From IMG/VR virus record IMGVR_UViG_3300037010_002464: 64,000 nucleotides of DNA; one strand, 5' to 3'. Below the pieces are notes generated by a model. The model worked only from the letters and a program-made list of their open reading frames with translations, was not told the origin of the DNA and did not search any database. This DNA is from a virus. The translations under genes were made by a program, and so were the position numbers. Below, piece after piece: positions 10,200 to 19,379 of the stretch (position 1 is the first letter of the stretch; each line of letters opens with the position of its first letter).

Positions 10200-10533
10200 G
10201 GTTGGTTAGGGTTTTAGGGAGGTGGCCTATGATATAGGTATGGGCTAGGTCAACGGTAGCAAGGATGTTTTGAATCGGCTGATCGACCCTGAAAAAGCCT
10301 GAGCTGGTGACCTTTACGGCTATCCGCTCAACTTCGCGAAGGTTTAGCGCGTTAACCGCGATGTCTGAAACCACAGCCGCCGAGATGATGTAGTCGCCGA
10401 CTCGTGTGCAGCTTAACACTGACACGCATGAGGTTGCCCTGCTGCTTAGCGGAGCTCGTGTTGACGCGCCGATTTGCTTAAGGGAAGTATCTATCCCTGA
10501 GTCGACTAGCAGCTGCTGCAGCTTGAGGGCCAC
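10108..10533 (-). CDS. Hypothetical protein with N-terminal ALKLQQLLVDSG motif (ends uncertain, possibly frameshifted)
   Basis: ORF track; overlaps nrdC by about 90 nt. Confidence 0.4.
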   Translation of the reverse strand: MALKLQQLLVDSGIDTSLKQIGASTRAPLSSRATSCVSVLSCTRVGDYIISAAVVSDIAVNALNLREVERIAVKVTSSGFFRVDQPIQNILATVDLAHTYIIGHLPKTLTNHVHSLHQRRLPPVRPRKSHANLQERAVSSS

Positions 10534-10598
10534 AGCGCTTCTGGCTCTTGACCGGGACTATCCCGGACATGTACTCGCGCTGCAGTTCAAGCTCGTAG

Positions 10599-11687
10599 TC
10601 AGAGAGTCGGGAGTGTGCTGAGGTCAAGCTCATCGTCGAGGGCTCCGATGACGTAAGCGGTGGACTCGTTCTCCTGCAGCGCGGTCTGCTTCATCGAGGT
10701 GTTCGAGTGCTTGTTGAACCAGGGCAGCGGGTTGCTCTTCGGCACCACCGCGGTGTACTTGACGCCGATGGCCTTCAGCACGTCAATGGCTGTCCAATCC
10801 ACGAAGTCCTTCATGATCTGTGCATTCAAGCCTATGACCACGCCCTTCTTGAACAGGTAGTCAGCCCAAGCCTTCTCCTCAGCGATCACGTCGAGGTAAA
10901 GTTGGTAGGCCTTGTCCTTGCAGCGCTCCTTGGCGGCTTTGAACCGGTCATCATCCTTAACGCATTGGTTGATGATGTAGGCGGTCCAGTCCTTGTGCAG
11001 CAGCTCATCCTGCAGGATCAGGCTGATGATGTTGCCGTTGCCGATGAAGATCTTGTTCTCAACCATGCCGAGGCTGGTTGCGAATGAAACCATGAAACGG
11101 ATCGCCTCGAGCGCGTAGCTGGCGTTAAGGGCCATCCAGATGGCGTCGACATGCAGCTCTTCATGCACATGTTGGCCGGTAGCGATCAGCGAATTAAGCC
11201 GATGAAGCTCATCATAGTGCTCGCCGATCCTGGCAGCCATCTGCACGATCTCGACCGTGTCATGGATCTTGTTGAACTCATCCTTGGGCTGGCCGTAGAT
11301 GTTACGGATGATCCAGCTGTAGGCCTTCGAGTGGATGTTCGCCTCGAAGAAACCCCAGTTGTTGAACAACAGCTCAAGCTCAGGGATCGAAGCGATCGGT
11401 GTAAAGACCTGAGTTGGGCCTCGGCCCTGGATCGAATCGAGCGCTGTTTGCCGAAGGAGGTTACTCGTGAAGATGTGCCGAACGGCATCAGATGCCTCCT
11501 TAAAGTCGGTCTTGTCCTTCATTAAGGTGATTTCCTGCGGGCGCCAGAAAAACCCCTCCGCCGTGTCATTGAACTTCTCGATCTTTGGGTAGCGAACCTC
11601 CTCGAAGCGCTGAACGGTCACGCGACCGTCAAGGAACATCCGGCGGCTCAGGTAGTTTGTTGGCTTAGAAAAGTCGTAAGTGCTCAT
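10599..11687 (-). CDS. nrdB: Ribonucleotide reductase class Ia beta subunit
   Basis: FFWRPQEI, EANIHSKAY, ALEAIRFMVSF, DELLH, C-terminal QENESTAY. Confidence 0.97.
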   Translation of the reverse strand: MSTYDFSKPTNYLSRRMFLDGRVTVQRFEEVRYPKIEKFNDTAEGFFWRPQEITLMKDKTDFKEASDAVRHIFTSNLLRQTALDSIQGRGPTQVFTPIASIPELELLFNNWGFFEANIHSKAYSWIIRNIYGQPKDEFNKIHDTVEIVQMAARIGEHYDELHRLNSLIATGQHVHEELHVDAIWMALNASYALEAIRFMVSFATSLGMVENKIFIGNGNIISLILQDELLHKDWTAYIINQCVKDDDRFKAAKERCKDKAYQLYLDVIAEEKAWADYLFKKGVVIGLNAQIMKDFVDWTAIDVLKAIGVKYTAVVPKSNPLPWFNKHSNTSMKQTALQENESTAYVIGALDDELDLSTLPTL

Positions 11688-12053
11688 ACGAAGATATTGT
11701 CGGTGAAGAATCGGGCTACATCGCTAGCGTCAGCAAATGAAGGCGTGTCGGTGTAGAGGTAGTCGGTGGGGGTCAAGGGAGTCAGGATCGCTGGCTCGAC
11801 ACTGATACAAATCTCATTTTCATGGTTGTCAGGGGACATGCACCATGTAGCGAGTTTGCACATACGGCTTTATCGGGCCGTTGATGAGCACGAACACGCA
11901 AACATTTGTGATGTCACCGATGTTGGTCTTTGCGATCTACCAAGTCAGCTTGCTCGAGACCTCGTAGCCTGCATCAATGAGCAGCTGCTGGAGCCTGAGA
12001 GCCTCTTGCCTGGTGTTCCAGCCCTCAAGCAGGCTCTTGAAGTAGCTGATCAC
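11684..12053 (-). pseudogene. Disrupted hypothetical gene with EALRLQQLLIDAG motif
   Basis: GTG at 12053 coupled to the upstream stop; TAG at 11937; a second frame ends at a TGA overlapping the nrdB ATG. Confidence 0.55.
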
Positions 12054-12385
12054 AGTAGCCGTGCGTGAGCAAACGAGATCGCGATGTCGGACTTCGTCCG
12101 CAGGTCAAGCGACTCAAACGAACAGCAGTGGAGGTACCAGCACTCGCCCGTACCCAGGTCAACCTCCATGTCAAAGACGTTGTCATGCTCGTAAGCCTCA
12201 GCGATGGCCTCATTGGTGTCTTCGAAGCCGGCAATCGCCAATGCCCATCGCGGATTGGTCAGGTTCATAACACGCCCATCAGGCGATGCCTCGGTCGGAG
12301 GAATCATGACCTCTTGCTCGTCATATTCCATGGACGGACGCGACATGTAAGTAACAGTCGCTTTTAGCTTAGGAAGGGATGTCAT
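12050..12385 (-). CDS. Acidic hypothetical protein
   Basis: ATGA overlap with the nrdA stop. Confidence 0.6.
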   Translation of the reverse strand: MTSLPKLKATVTYMSRPSMEYDEQEVMIPPTEASPDGRVMNLTNPRWALAIAGFEDTNEAIAEAYEHDNVFDMEVDLGTGECWYLHCCSFESLDLRTKSDIAISFAHARLL

Positions 12386-14706
12386 AGTTTGCACGTCTCG
12401 CAATCATCTTCGAGCTCTAGCTCGGGAGTGGGTGTCATGGATGGGGCGACCTCAGCGTCAGCCTTGGCACCTTGCTTGTCAATCAGGCTGTAGTAGAAGG
12501 TCTTCAAGCCCCACTTGTAGCCCTTCATCAGGTTGCCGATGACCAGGTTAACAGGGACCTTGCGGTCCTTCTTCGGGTCATCGCTTCGGAAGAATTTCGG
12601 GTTGTAGAACGTGTTGGTGCTGATGGATTGATCGGTGTAAGCCGCAATGACCGCCACCGTTTTGAGGTACTGGATGCAGTCGGTCTGTTCCCACATCAGC
12701 TGATAGCGGTTCTTCAGCTTCGAGTACTCAGGCACCACCTGGATCAGCAGCGAGCCCTTGGACTCCTTGATCGAGATGAGGGCCATCGGCATCTCAACGC
12801 CGTTGGTTGAGTTGATGACCACGGAGGAGCTCTCAACCGGCGCCACCGCGCTGTTAGTAGCACAGCGCACGCCGTGCTGTAGCATGCGGTCGCGCAACGG
12901 CTCCCAATCAATCTCAGGCGAGAAGTCGGTCAGCTCGTTGACGCCGAAAGCTCGACGCTCCCAAGGGAAGACGCCGTGGCCGTAGTAGGTATGCTGTGAG
13001 CGAGTGCATGCGCCGCGCTCTTCAGCCAGGTCAACGGAAGCTTCTGTCAGGAAGTAGACCTGCTGCTCCATCCAACGCTTGACCTCGCCTAGGGCTTCAT
13101 CATCACCGTACTTGAAGTTGCGCTTAGCGTGCCAGTAAGCCAAGTTGGTGATGCCGACGCCTAACGGCCTGAACTCAAGGTTGGACAGTTCAGACTGGAC
13201 GGACAGGAAGTCCTGGTAGGAGAGCAGGTTGTCAAGCGAGCGGACCAGCACGCGGCAAGCGCGCTTCATGTCCTCCGGGTTGCGGAAGGCACCCCAGTTG
13301 ATCGAGCCCAAGGTGCACAGCGCGATCCGACCGTTCGGGTCATCAACGCGTTGGAAGGCGCGAGTCGGCAGCAGGATCTCTTGACAGAGGTTGGACTGGT
13401 AGATCGGGTCGAGCGTGGTGTCAAACGGGCCTTGCTTCTGCACGTTGTCGACGAACATCATGTAGATGCGACCGGTGTCGGTGCGCTCCTTGATGAAGAG
13501 CGCGCGGACAACCTGGTCAGCCGTCAGCACCTTCTTGGTAATGTCGGTACGACGTTCAGCCTCTACGTACAGCTTGTCGAAGAGGTCGATGTCCGAGTAG
13601 AAGGCCTCATACAGCTCGGGGACTTGGCTCGGGTCAAACAGCGTAATCGTGCCTTGGCTCAACAGGCGCTTCCAGAATAAGCCTGACAGCGCAACGCTGT
13701 AGTCCATGTGGCGGACACGAGTCTCGTCGGTGCCTTGGTTGTTCTTCAGGACGATCAGGTCTTCAAACTGCGCGTGCCAGATCGGGAAGGTGACCGTAGC
13801 CGAAGCGTTGCGGATGCCGCCTTGCGAGCATGAACGGAGGTCAGCGAACCACTTCTTGAGAAACGGAACCAGACCAGTGTGCTTGATCTCACCGCCTCGG
13901 ATTGCGGCTCCCAACGGGCGGATCCTACCAACTTCGAGGCCGATTCCTGCCCGCTTTGAGGCGTAGTCGGCCATCATTTCACCCGCCGCAAAGATGCTCT
14001 TCAGAGTGTCGTCGGACTTGATGAGAACGCAGGAGCTGAACTGCTTGGTCGGGGTGCCGAGGCCGGCGAGCACCGGCGTGGCCAGCGTGAACAGGCCGTC
14101 GGAGCCGCAGTTGTAGTAGTCCTTGACCCAGCGCATCCGCACGTTCTTGGCTTCAGCGTGGAAGGCCGTAGCGCCCGCAACTGCATAGCGGACCTGCGGG
14201 GTCTCGTACATCTTGCCGGTCACCCTGTTGCGCACCAAGTACTTGTCGATAAGCTGCTCGATGGCCGCGTACGAGTAGTCCTCATCCTTCTCATGGTCAA
14301 TGAAGGAGCCGATCTGGTCCCACTCCTCCTTCGTGTACCACTCGAGGAGGTCCTTGGTGTAGACGCCGGCCGCAACATTGGTGACCACAATGTCGTAGAG
14401 GCTAGGCGGCGTGTACCTGCCGTAGACCTCCTTGCGCAGGGTCGAGACCCGAAGCCGACCTGCTACGTACTGATAGTTGACATGCCCAACCGGGTCGGTA
14501 ATCAAGTTGACCGCTGAACGGATCAGCAGCTCGTCAATGGTCGTGGTCTCAATGCCATCAAAGAGCTCAATGTTGGCCCGCATCTCAACCAAGGATTGGG
14601 ACACGTCCGCGATGCCTGCGCAGGCCATCGCTACTTGCTTTTGGATCTTCTCAATCTGAAGCGGTACCCGCACCCCAGTGCGTTTGATCACCGTTATCTT
14701 TGTCAT
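12382..14706 (-). CDS. nrdA: Ribonucleotide reductase class Ia alpha subunit with ATP cone
   Basis: VIKRTG ATP cone, SSCVL, SNLCQEI, C-terminal CETCKL; no intein or intron apparent. Confidence 0.98.
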   Translation of the reverse strand: MTKITVIKRTGVRVPLQIEKIQKQVAMACAGIADVSQSLVEMRANIELFDGIETTTIDELLIRSAVNLITDPVGHVNYQYVAGRLRVSTLRKEVYGRYTPPSLYDIVVTNVAAGVYTKDLLEWYTKEEWDQIGSFIDHEKDEDYSYAAIEQLIDKYLVRNRVTGKMYETPQVRYAVAGATAFHAEAKNVRMRWVKDYYNCGSDGLFTLATPVLAGLGTPTKQFSSCVLIKSDDTLKSIFAAGEMMADYASKRAGIGLEVGRIRPLGAAIRGGEIKHTGLVPFLKKWFADLRSCSQGGIRNASATVTFPIWHAQFEDLIVLKNNQGTDETRVRHMDYSVALSGLFWKRLLSQGTITLFDPSQVPELYEAFYSDIDLFDKLYVEAERRTDITKKVLTADQVVRALFIKERTDTGRIYMMFVDNVQKQGPFDTTLDPIYQSNLCQEILLPTRAFQRVDDPNGRIALCTLGSINWGAFRNPEDMKRACRVLVRSLDNLLSYQDFLSVQSELSNLEFRPLGVGITNLAYWHAKRNFKYGDDEALGEVKRWMEQQVYFLTEASVDLAEERGACTRSQHTYYGHGVFPWERRAFGVNELTDFSPEIDWEPLRDRMLQHGVRCATNSAVAPVESSSVVINSTNGVEMPMALISIKESKGSLLIQVVPEYSKLKNRYQLMWEQTDCIQYLKTVAVIAAYTDQSISTNTFYNPKFFRSDDPKKDRKVPVNLVIGNLMKGYKWGLKTFYYSLIDKQGAKADAEVAPSMTPTPELELEDDCETCKL

Positions 14707-14766
14707 TTGTCTGTAGCTAGAAGAGTAAAATGCCGCTATGATATTGTAATCACGGCGGCATTTGCG

Positions 14767-14884
14767 AGGCTAATTAGCCTGGTAGAATTAGGTGTAGCTG
14801 CAGCGAGGGTAAATCATTTCGGTCTGCATTGCACTTAGCGTGAGCAGCTTTTCTCAAGAATGCTTGCAGCTACACTTGTATTTA
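14767..14884 (-). ncRNA. Candidate ~100-nt structured RNA or nrdA leader from a late promoter
   Basis: TAAATA (14884-14879), then perfect 11-bp inverted repeat (14792-14802/14865-14875); 14-bp palindrome AGGCTAATTAGCCT at 14767-14780. Confidence 0.35.
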
Positions 14885-14895
14885 CTAGTCAGCTT

Positions 14896-15129
14896 TCAAA
14901 GGACGTCAAATTCCGCTTGAGCTTGCTCGCGCCGACCGGTCATGATCTCGATCATCAGGTCAACGACCCGGTTGTACCCCTCATCGCCGAGGTAGGCGAT
15001 CTTGACTTGCTGCGGGTACATGTAACTGTTCCGGTCCCGAATGTTCCGCATGCTATTGATCTCGGTCTCGAGGTCATCGATGAGGCCTTGGAGGCCGACG
15101 GCTTTCTTCAACAGCTCAGCGTTCATCAC
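14896..15129 (-). CDS. Small coiled-coil protein (paralog of the next gene)
   Basis: MN.E.L..A..L...I start and ...A..EF..L end shared with 15126-15389. Confidence 0.65.
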   Translation of the reverse strand: MMNAELLKKAVGLQGLIDDLETEINSMRNIRDRNSYMYPQQVKIAYLGDEGYNRVVDLMIEIMTGRREQAQAEFDVL

Positions 15130-15389
15130 AAGTCCCTGAAGCCTTCCTTGGCACGGCCGAGCTTCAGCTCATACAGCGTACGTACCTTCTCGAGCGCAGC
15201 GATGAAGAACTCCTTGCCCACCTTGCCAAGCTCGAGGTTGAAGTTGACGTCGATTGACATTTGCGGATCGAAGACTTCAGGTTGGCGCTTGGCGCATTCT
15301 AGAGCTTCATCAAGGCGGCGGATATTGACCGATTGACAGTTAATCTCTTCCTTGAGGGCGAGGGCTTCAGCGAGGGTTTCGTTATTCAT
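15126..15389 (-). CDS. Small coiled-coil protein (paralog of the previous gene)
   Basis: Same shared termini; coupled start/stop. Confidence 0.65.
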   Translation of the reverse strand: MNNETLAEALALKEEINCQSVNIRRLDEALECAKRQPEVFDPQMSIDVNFNLELGKVGKEFFIAALEKVRTLYELKLGRAKEGFRDL

Positions 15390-15669
15390 AGTTTAGCAGC
15401 TGTTTTGGTGGGTTAAGCAGTTCTAGAAGCACGTCGCCGTGGCATGCCTTAGGCGCACAGTGGCAAACAAGCCACTTGCCGCGAAGCTCTTCAAGCTGTC
15501 CTAGGAGCTCTGGGTTATTCAACAGGTAGGTGCGGTACTTTTCGATGACTACCGTCCTCGTGCCGTCCTGGCCAAGGATGAACGGGTTGCCCCACTTCCC
15601 GGGCCGCCCGATATAGACCGAGTTGAGGGGCGCGGGCCCATCCTTCAAGTTTACTAGCGAGCGGCTCAT
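15382..15669 (-). CDS. DUF4326 family protein
   Basis: VYIGRPGKWGNPF...LRGKWLVCHCAPKACHGDVL. Confidence 0.85.
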   Translation of the reverse strand: MSRSLVNLKDGPAPLNSVYIGRPGKWGNPFILGQDGTRTVVIEKYRTYLLNNPELLGQLEELRGKWLVCHCAPKACHGDVLLELLNPPKQLLNYE

Positions 15670-15978
15670 GCGGTGTATACGGGTGGTGCTTAGGCTTGAT
15701 ATCAAGCAAGGGTACATAAGGGCAATAGAAATAGCCGTCGGCTATCGGGCCATCTTTTGCCTTGTACCCTAATGCTACTATCTCTTCAAGAGCTTCCTCG
15801 ATTGCTTCAGCTGCCGCTCGAGCAATTTCCTCGCTCAAGATCCTAGCAATTTCGTCCTCGAGATCCAGGCCATGCTCTTGCTGCTCTTGCTTTAGATCTT
15901 GCACCTGCTCGTCCAATTAGCCTTAAGCTTACGCGGAGCCACTTCGATTGACCAGGAGCTTATGCTGAAGGTTGACAT
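15666..15978 (-). pseudogene. Miniature major-capsid-protein (gp23)-like gene, frameshifted near 15912; 3' end approximate
   Basis: MSTFSI...EVAPRKLKANWT / EQVQDL...HGLDLEDEIARILSEEI...GYK...GYFYCPYVPL. Confidence 0.65.
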
Positions 15979-17213
15979 CAGAAGCTAATCAGCTTGCTCT
16001 CGCCGTTGATCTTATCAACGGTATGCTTGAAGTTGTTCTGCCAGACCACGTCGCCGTCGGTAAACGGTAGCCGACCTTCGAGGTAGTCAACCACACCGCG
16101 AGTCATGTCCGAAGCCGTGCAGACTGGGACATTCTGGCAGATGTGGTTGATGGTCTTCGTCACGAGGTTGAAGTCGTTTGGCAGGGCCATCATGTGCAGG
16201 CACTCACGGATGGTCAGCGAGCGGTGCTCATACGGGTGAGCCGCATCGGTGGTCCGACCGATCAGGGCGTTGAAGTTGACCTCAGGTAGGAAGATGGACG
16301 GCGAGTCGTCCCAGATGCCCTTGTCCTCAACAAACATCTTGTGATGGATGCGGTCAAAGTAGGCCGCGGCGCGCGGGTCAGCCGCAGCTTGCGCAGGCTC
16401 GGAATACCAGTCACGCATCTCTTTTGGCCGCTCGGGAGCCTTCGGGTCCTTCAACACAAAGTCTTGAACGGTCACCATCGTCTTGCCCTGCTCACGCATC
16501 CGCTCACGGATCACGTCAGGGAAGCCTTCGCCGAAGCGTGCGTGGGCAAACTTGGCGAAGCGAGTGGAGCGCAGCTGCTTGTAGGCGCGTTCCTTGTCGT
16601 CATCATGCTGGGTAGCGCCGGCCGGGATCTGAGCCATATACTCGCCCCAGGTTGGAGCCTGCTTGTGGTAGTACGGCATGACCGGCACGCGGCCTTGCTC
16701 GCGCCAGAAGAAGTAGAACGTGCGGTGACGCCGTTGCGGCACTCCATGCAGGTGGGTGCTGGTGAAGTAGAACGACATCGTGTAGCCGTTGTCGTCGGCG
16801 ATCTGCTTGAGGCGCTCACGGACAGACTCGCCGAGCTTGCTCTCATACATCGCAGGAGCGTTCTCGCCCCAAAAGACCTTCGGCTTTAGCGTGCCGAGCA
16901 CGTGCTTCGCTGAGGCAAACATCCAGCTGTTGGCGTTCTCACGCATCGTCGCATCGCCGGTGCCCAGCGTGGACAGGCCGGCACACGGGCAGAGAGCCGT
17001 GATGAAGTCAGCACCGGCGAGAGCAGCTTGGTCGCCGCCGTCATCCAGCACCTCATAAGGAACCTGCGGCATGTAAGCGCGGAGGTTCTTCTCATTGTCG
17101 GCGAAGGCCTTGTAGGTCAGCAATGCTTCAGGATCATAACCTAGCACGTTCCTCGCGGCAATCGTGTTCCCACCGATAAGAGGGACAATACTGCCGTATC
17201 GGTATATAGTCAT
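15978..17213 (-). CDS. C5 cytosine DNA methyltransferase-like protein
   Basis: Motif IV CPCAGLS, VI ENAP, VIII GVPQRRHR, X QNVP; motif I atypical (SIVPLIGG). Confidence 0.8.
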   Translation of the reverse strand: MTIYRYGSIVPLIGGNTIAARNVLGYDPEALLTYKAFADNEKNLRAYMPQVPYEVLDDGGDQAALAGADFITALCPCAGLSTLGTGDATMRENANSWMFASAKHVLGTLKPKVFWGENAPAMYESKLGESVRERLKQIADDNGYTMSFYFTSTHLHGVPQRRHRTFYFFWREQGRVPVMPYYHKQAPTWGEYMAQIPAGATQHDDDKERAYKQLRSTRFAKFAHARFGEGFPDVIRERMREQGKTMVTVQDFVLKDPKAPERPKEMRDWYSEPAQAAADPRAAAYFDRIHHKMFVEDKGIWDDSPSIFLPEVNFNALIGRTTDAAHPYEHRSLTIRECLHMMALPNDFNLVTKTINHICQNVPVCTASDMTRGVVDYLEGRLPFTDGDVVWQNNFKHTVDKINGESKLISF

Positions 17214-17609
17214 ATATTTCTGCTTAACAAATATACCATCTGGTATACAAAATTGTTGATCGTGCTAAGACTCGATCAAACAGTGGATATGTTGAAAACC
17301 ATCATGTAATCCCACTGTCGTTGGGAGGATTAGATGATGACTCTAATAAGGTTCAATTAACAGCCTGTGAACATTTTCTTTGCCATAGGATGCTTATCAA
17401 GATGACTCAAGGTAAAGCCAAAAACAAGATGTTGTTGGCAGTTCACATGATGCTTAACACAAAGAGCCGAACTCATGGAAGTAACCGTGAAGTTGACAAT
17501 GACGCCGGAACATCGTGCTCATCTTTCGATGATGGCAAAGAAGCGACCGCCTGTTTCAGCTGAAACTCGTCAAAAGATGCGCGAGTCTCACTTGGCCATG
17601 CGCTGTTAA
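17214..17609 (+). pseudogene. Degenerate HNH (MobE/SegD-like) homing endonuclease with NUMOD3 tail
   Basis: NKYTIWY / IVDRAKTR...ENHHVIPLSLGG...TACEHFLCHRML; SAETRQKMRESH in another frame; no start codon; AT-rich. Confidence 0.75.
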
Positions 17610-17620
17610 GAAAACAGTGA

Positions 17621-18112
17621 TCATTGCATATTGTCTGTGATGTGATGATCAACGCTAACGAACGCGATCTGTAGGAGCTTAGCTGACAGCTCCCGAGCCT
17701 CTGGCTGCTTAAGCTTCCCGATGTGGCTAATGTACTTATGGCTGCCCAGTTGAACCTCAAAACGCTCGTCTTGGCTCTCGCGAGTAAAGATTGAGTGCTG
17801 CACGGCATTAAGCATTGCGTGCTCAAACACGTAGAGGTCCTTGACGCCGCCGCCTTCTTTCAGCACCTTCATGCTCAAGGTGAACTGCGCGTTGCCCTTT
17901 TTGACCCAGGCGCGAATGGCTCCCATGACCTGGTTTGCCTCATCATCCTCGAGCCAGACGATGAGCGTGTGGGTCCGGTGATCAGTGCCGCCCGCTTCGT
18001 TGAAGAGCTCGGTGCCGAGGTCAACGGCGAGCACGTGCGACTCGAGAGCGGCTAGCTCCGGCGCGCCGGTAAAGGTGACGCTGAATGCGTCTCGCTTGAC
18101 GATATTTGTCAT
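17621..18112 (-). CDS. Possible divergent tail-tube (gp19-like) paralog
   Basis: LIVWLEDDEANQV...FTLSMKVL..GG.V...YVF..AML..V pattern recalls T4-type tube proteins. Confidence 0.4.
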   Translation of the reverse strand: MTNIVKRDAFSVTFTGAPELAALESHVLAVDLGTELFNEAGGTDHRTHTLIVWLEDDEANQVMGAIRAWVKKGNAQFTLSMKVLKEGGGVKDLYVFEHAMLNAVQHSIFTRESQDERFEVQLGSHKYISHIGKLKQPEARELSAKLLQIAFVSVDHHITDNMQ

Positions 18113-18150
18113 GATATGCTATTCTAATATGAAGGCCGCTAAAGCGGCAT

Positions 18151-19374
18151 TTATGAGTAGTAGGGAAAGCCGATCATTACGTCATCAAAGGTAGGCGCAT
18201 CGCTAGAAGTTGATGACGTGACCGTCACCGACGTGATCTTGTGGCCGCCGTTGCACTTGAAGCCCCAGAACGCACGGCTGCCTGTAGCCCCAGTCGTGGT
18301 GACAGGCAGCGTGAAGTTGTAAGTGGCTTGGGTCGTCACGACTTGGGCCGAGTAGGTTGTGCCTACGGTCTTGCCGTAGTCAAGCAGTGTCAAGCCGAAG
18401 GCCTTCATCGGGTTCGGGTTGAGCACCATCATGCCGCACGCAGTGATCACCTGATCAATGCCGTAGATGTCCACGGGTGTGGCACAGACTAGACGCACTC
18501 GGGTATACCGCTTGGTGGGGTTGGTGAAGCCAAAAAAGACTAGGTTGCCGTTAGTACCTGCCGTTGCCTTTGCCACCACAGACTCTTCAGCGCCGCCATC
18601 ATCAGGCAGCATGTAAAGCATTAGGGCTCCTTCAACGTCGCCAAGGTCCGTAGCATAGAAGCCAAAAGCCGAAATACCATAGTCGAAGGTGAAGACGACG
18701 TCTGTGCCCGATGTACATGCTAGGTACTTGCCGTTGGTGCCCAGGCCGCCGTCCACGTTGAACCTGCCAAGGGTCTGAGTTGCGGCAACGGTAGCGCCTG
18801 TGACCGTGCATGTTGTTGGGCTATAGATGGTTGGGGTGAAACCCGTGCCAGATTGGGTCGAGTAGTAGTTTGCAACGTCAATCGTCAGCGAGGTGGCGCC
18901 CGTAGTTTGACCTTCAAAGTTGACCACTGTGGGCGGTGCCGAGTTCATCGACGAGCCGATAGCCGCAAGGTAACGCTGCTTTGCCAAGTACGGGCCCCCT
19001 AGCACGTCAGGCACGCCTGGTGTTGGGCTTGCGGTCTCACCGAAGTAAGTGACCAGCGCCGTCGAGTAAGCGGGCGTGAACGTCGTGCTAGCGCTTGTGC
19101 TCACAAAGCCGTTAGCCGCTACAGCGCCGGCTCCTGCAATGGCAAACGTCACCCCGCCGGCGCCCGATGCGCTCGCTGTCAGCGGCGCGACCTGGCCGTT
19201 CTCAGCGGTAAAGTCCGCGACGGCGGCCGCCTGCATAGTTCTCTTTAAGTTAGCAAACAGCGCTTGCGAGGGTGTTGCACCTTCAGCAAAGCAGGTTGTC
19301 ACTGGCTCGATGAGGGCTGGACGAGGGGCGTGCCGCTCATACACGTCAAACTGGCTAATTGTAGTAAGTGTCAT
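18151..19374 (-). CDS. Virion protein with PEP-CTERM-protein-like beta domains
   Basis: GRFN...FTFDYGISAFGFYATDLGD...LVFFGF...IDQV. Confidence 0.55.
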   Translation of the reverse strand: MTLTTISQFDVYERHAPRPALIEPVTTCFAEGATPSQALFANLKRTMQAAAVADFTAENGQVAPLTASASGAGGVTFAIAGAGAVAANGFVSTSASTTFTPAYSTALVTYFGETASPTPGVPDVLGGPYLAKQRYLAAIGSSMNSAPPTVVNFEGQTTGATSLTIDVANYYSTQSGTGFTPTIYSPTTCTVTGATVAATQTLGRFNVDGGLGTNGKYLACTSGTDVVFTFDYGISAFGFYATDLGDVEGALMLYMLPDDGGAEESVVAKATAGTNGNLVFFGFTNPTKRYTRVRLVCATPVDIYGIDQVITACGMMVLNPNPMKAFGLTLLDYGKTVGTTYSAQVVTTQATYNFTLPVTTTGATGSRAFWGFKCNGGHKITSVTVTSSTSSDAPTFDDVMIGFPYYS

Positions 19375-19379
19375 ATCTG

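Noticed and set aside
10599-14706. Introns or inteins in nrdA/nrdB
   Set aside because: Both ORFs are continuous and of normal length
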